A stretch of 60,292 bases of DNA, the filler included, from Deltaproteobacteria bacterium (GTDB taxonomy: Bacteria > Myxococcota > JACRCW01): the NCBI GenBank assembly GCA_016218805.1. It is 4 parts of 4 records of this genome, joined end to end, with 100 filler letters (N's around TTAATTAATTAA, not from the genome) between each part and the next. Parts side by side here need not be neighbours in the genome. Positions count along the whole stretch, not along the records: positions 53,920 to 60,292 come from JACRCW010000037.1; 3 more parts are not named here. The stretch is one strand, 5' to 3'. The position numbers were made by a program, and so were the translations under genes. Shown here piece after piece: positions 57,395 through 60,292 of this stretch; the stretch's first letter is position 1; each line of letters opens with the position of its first letter. The notes beneath the pieces are model-generated. The model made no database searches and was not told where the DNA came from. It worked only from the letters and a program-made list of their open reading frames with translations.

Positions 57395-59704
57395 ATGCCT
57401 CTACCGCTCGACAAGCTCCTCAACCCGCAACAACTGGAAGCCGCCACCTGGCCCGAAGGACCCGTGTGCATCGTCGCCGGCGCGGGCAGCGGCAAGACGC
57501 GCGTCATCACCCACCGCCTGGCGCACCTGGTGGAGACCGGCCGCGCGCGTCCGGAGGAATGCCTCGCCGTCACCTTCACCAACAAGGCCGCGCGCGAACT
57601 GCGTGACCGCGTGGACGTGCTGCTGCCGGGCACCGCCTACCGGATGTGGGTCAGCACATTCCACTCCGCCGCGGCGCGCATCCTGCGCGAGGCGCACGGT
57701 TACCTGGGGCTGCCGCGCGGGTTTGTCATCTACGACCAGGACGACAGCGTGCGGCTCATCAAGCAGATTTGCGGCGAGCTGAACATTGCCAAGGACCTCA
57801 TCAGCACGTACGCGCACCGCATTGAGCAGCTCAAACACCAAGCCATCCCGCCGGAGAAGTTTGAGCCCGACCCGTTTGACATCCCGGGCAAGCGCGTGCG
57901 CGAGGTGTACACGGCGTACGAGGCGCGGCTGGCGCGCGCGGGCGCGGTGGACTTCGGCGGGCTCATTGTCCTGGCGCTGAAGGTGGCGCGGGAGAACCCG
58001 GAAGCGTCCTATTCACTGGGGCGCATCCGGCACGCGGTGGTGGACGAATACCAGGACGTGAACCGCGCGCAGGCTGCGCTGGTGGAGACGCTGGCACCGC
58101 GGCTGGGGAGCCTGGCCGTGGTGGGTGACGACGACCAGTCCATCTACCGCTGGCGCGGGGCCAGCGCGTACAGCCTGCTGCAGTTCACCGAGACCTTCCC
58201 CGCCACCCACCAGGTCCGCCTGGAGGAGAACTACCGTTCCACCGGCCGCATCCTGAAACTGGCCAATGAGATCATCCGGCAGAACCCGGGGCGGCTCACC
58301 AAGGAGTTGTGGACCCGCGCGGATGACGGCCCCATGATCCGGCTGCGCCAGCTGCGCGACGACCGGTCCGAGGCCGCTTGGGCGGTGGACGACAGCCTGG
58401 AGGCGATCCGCACCGGCACGCGCCCGTCGGAGCTTGCGTTCCTTTACCGCACCAATGCGCAGAGCCGGCCGTTGGAAGAAGCGCTGCACCGCGCGCGCAT
58501 CCGCTACCGCATCCTGGGCGGCCTGCGCTTCTATGAACGCCGCGAGGTGAAAGACGTCGTTTCCTACCTGCGGCTCGTGGCCAACCCGGACAGCGAGATG
58601 GACCTGCGGCGCATCATCAACGTGCCCGCGCGCGCCATTGGTGACACCACGCTTTCGCAACTGGCCGCGGCGGCGCAGGCAGCCAAGGTGTCCTTGTGGG
58701 GCGCGCTGGCCCTGCCCGAGGAGGCGTTGGCCGCCGCGGGCATGAAGGCCGCCGGGCGCACCAAACTGCGGGAATTCGGCACCATGCTGGGCGAGCTGCG
58801 CGCGGCGTGCGCCGGGCGCGCGCCGGCGGTGGCCATCACGGAAGTCATTGCGCGGACCGCGTACGACCAGCACCTGCGCCTGGAGGAGGACGGGCAGGAG
58901 CGGCTGGACAACCTGGCGTCACTGGCGCGGGCGGCCAACGACTACGAGGAGGATGCGCGGCGCGCCAACGAGCCGGCGACGCTGGAGGCGTTCCTGGAGC
59001 GGGTGAGCCTGGAGTCTGGCGACGAGAACGAAGGCGCCGACAGCGCGGAGTCCGTGACACTGATGACGCTGCACTCCGCCAAGGGGCTCGAGTTTGACGC
59101 GGTCTACGTGATGGGCGTGGAGGAGGACGTGCTGCCCAGCGCGCGCGCGGTGTCGTCGGAAGACGCTGAGGCGCTCAACGAGGAGCGGCGGCTGGCATAC
59201 GTTGGCTTCACGCGGGCCCGGCGCCGGCTGACGCTGTCCATGTGCCAGCAGCGCCTGGTGTTCGGCGAGATCCGCTACGGCACACCGAGCCGGTTCCTGC
59301 GCGAGTTGCCTCCGTCGTTTGTGCGCGAACACCTGGTGGGCGACCTGCATGCGATCCTGCCGCGTGCGGCGTTGGCCTCCGCGATGCCACGGTTTGACCG
59401 CGCACCGCGTCCTGAGCCGCGCAGCGTGGACCGCGGAGAGACCCGCGTGGTTTACGACGACGCACCCACGGCGCCGCGCCGGCCGCGCGCCACCACGGCC
59501 GTGCTGGATCTCGACGTGGACGAGCGGGACATGGTGGCGCCCCGGGGCGGCGGGTTTGCGCCCGGCTCCGGTGTGCTGCACGCGCAGTACGGGCGCGGCA
59601 CGGTGGAGGGCGTCACCGGCACCGGGGACAACGCGCGCGTGGACGTGTTCTTCCCGGAGCACGGGCAGAAGCGGATTGTGGCCAAGTACCTGCGGCGGGC
59701 GTGA
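57395..59704 (+). CDS. uvrD: UvrD/PcrA superfamily 1 DNA helicase
   Basis: LNPQQ, AGAGSGKT, TFTNKAA, DEYQD, VGDDDQSIY, NYRST, TLHSAKGLEF, EERRLAYVG.TRA, and a C-terminal Tudor-like domain. Confidence 0.96.
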   Translation: MPLPLDKLLNPQQLEAATWPEGPVCIVAGAGSGKTRVITHRLAHLVETGRARPEECLAVTFTNKAARELRDRVDVLLPGTAYRMWVSTFHSAAARILREAHGYLGLPRGFVIYDQDDSVRLIKQICGELNIAKDLISTYAHRIEQLKHQAIPPEKFEPDPFDIPGKRVREVYTAYEARLARAGAVDFGGLIVLALKVARENPEASYSLGRIRHAVVDEYQDVNRAQAALVETLAPRLGSLAVVGDDDQSIYRWRGASAYSLLQFTETFPATHQVRLEENYRSTGRILKLANEIIRQNPGRLTKELWTRADDGPMIRLRQLRDDRSEAAWAVDDSLEAIRTGTRPSELAFLYRTNAQSRPLEEALHRARIRYRILGGLRFYERREVKDVVSYLRLVANPDSEMDLRRIINVPARAIGDTTLSQLAAAAQAAKVSLWGALALPEEALAAAGMKAAGRTKLREFGTMLGELRAACAGRAPAVAITEVIARTAYDQHLRLEEDGQERLDNLASLARAANDYEEDARRANEPATLEAFLERVSLESGDENEGADSAESVTLMTLHSAKGLEFDAVYVMGVEEDVLPSARAVSSEDAEALNEERRLAYVGFTRARRRLTLSMCQQRLVFGEIRYGTPSRFLRELPPSFVREHLVGDLHAILPRAALASAMPRFDRAPRPEPRSVDRGETRVVYDDAPTAPRRPRATTAVLDLDVDERDMVAPRGGGFAPGSGVLHAQYGRGTVEGVTGTGDNARVDVFFPEHGQKRIVAKYLRRA

Positions 59705-59806
59705 GTTGGGTTGCCTCAGCGGGGCCCGAGGACGCGGCTCCCGACACCAATCCAACCGTTACACCGGTGACATCCCCCCGACGATCTGAATCTACGGGAG
59801 TCGCCG

Positions 59807-60292
59807 TCACCGCGTGGGTTTCGCCGCGGCGACCAGCGCATCCCAGCGCCGCACGCGTTCATCATCTTCGCCGACGACGGTGACAAGCTGGGCCCGCACC
59901 CATGCCACGTCCAGGCGCGGGCCCTGGACCACCAGCAGCCGCTCCAGGTCGACAACATCCTTGGCGCGGAAGAACAGAAGCTTGAAGACGGCCAGGACCT
60001 CGGCGCTCAGGAACCACGCCTGGCTTCCTCCAACCCGGCGCAGCACGCGGCGGTCCTCCGCCTGCCTGCAGAACTCAATGCTGGCGGTGAAGACGTCAAT
60101 GCGCAGGGTTCCCAGGTGGAAGACCATCAGCCCGTCACGCTCGGCCTCCTGCATGGCAACCGCTTCGTCCACCGTGCAGCCCAACTCGCGGAGCACAGCA
60201 AACACCGTCCGGAGGCGCTCTCCTGCAGCGAAGACGTTGATGTCGAGGTCCTTGGTGAACCGGGGAACGCCCCACAGGCCGTACGCCAGCGC
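59807..60292 (-). CDS. Nucleotidyltransferase-fold protein (AbiEii/DUF6036-like), N-terminus beyond window
   Basis: ALAYGLWGVPRFTKDLDINV (PRxTxDxD), IDVF, LAVFKL..RAKDVVDL. Confidence 0.8.
   Translation of the reverse strand, partial: ALAYGLWGVPRFTKDLDINVFAAGERLRTVFAVLRELGCTVDEAVAMQEAERDGLMVFHLGTLRIDVFTASIEFCRQAEDRRVLRRVGGSQAWFLSAEVLAVFKLLFFRAKDVVDLERLLVVQGPRLDVAWVRAQLVTVVGEDDERVRRWDALVAAAKPTR

Overview
High-GC (roughly 70% by eye) bacterial DNA with Myxococcota-like gene content: Cys-rich lipoproteins, PEGA and choice-of-anchor proteins, a TonB_C-fused receptor and an ftsB-DGC pair like M. xanthus ftsB-dmxA. The window is four contigs joined by artificial N-TTAATTAATTAA-N linkers (1-27271, 27372-37484, 37585-53819, 53920-60292), so synteny across linkers is meaningless. 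Core genes are an acyl-CoA carboxylase beta subunit, ftsB, a PIN-PhoH protein, ribE-ribBX-ribH-nusB, cysE, polA, dnaB, pntAB, an M1 aminopeptidase and uvrD/pcrA. Accessory content includes an ECF sigma operon, an orphan PTS IIC, a GT2 + C-methyltransferase + GT-C surface glycosylation cassette beside an internally deleted epimerase-reductase, a 21-bp periodic array, a REP-like pair, and decayed TA/ATPase/transposase remnants. Two window-wide signals stand out: TCGA avoidance in native genes and near-leaderless promoter geometry. I recognised no rRNA, tRNA or CRISPR array. All family calls come from motif recognition by eye, with no database search.
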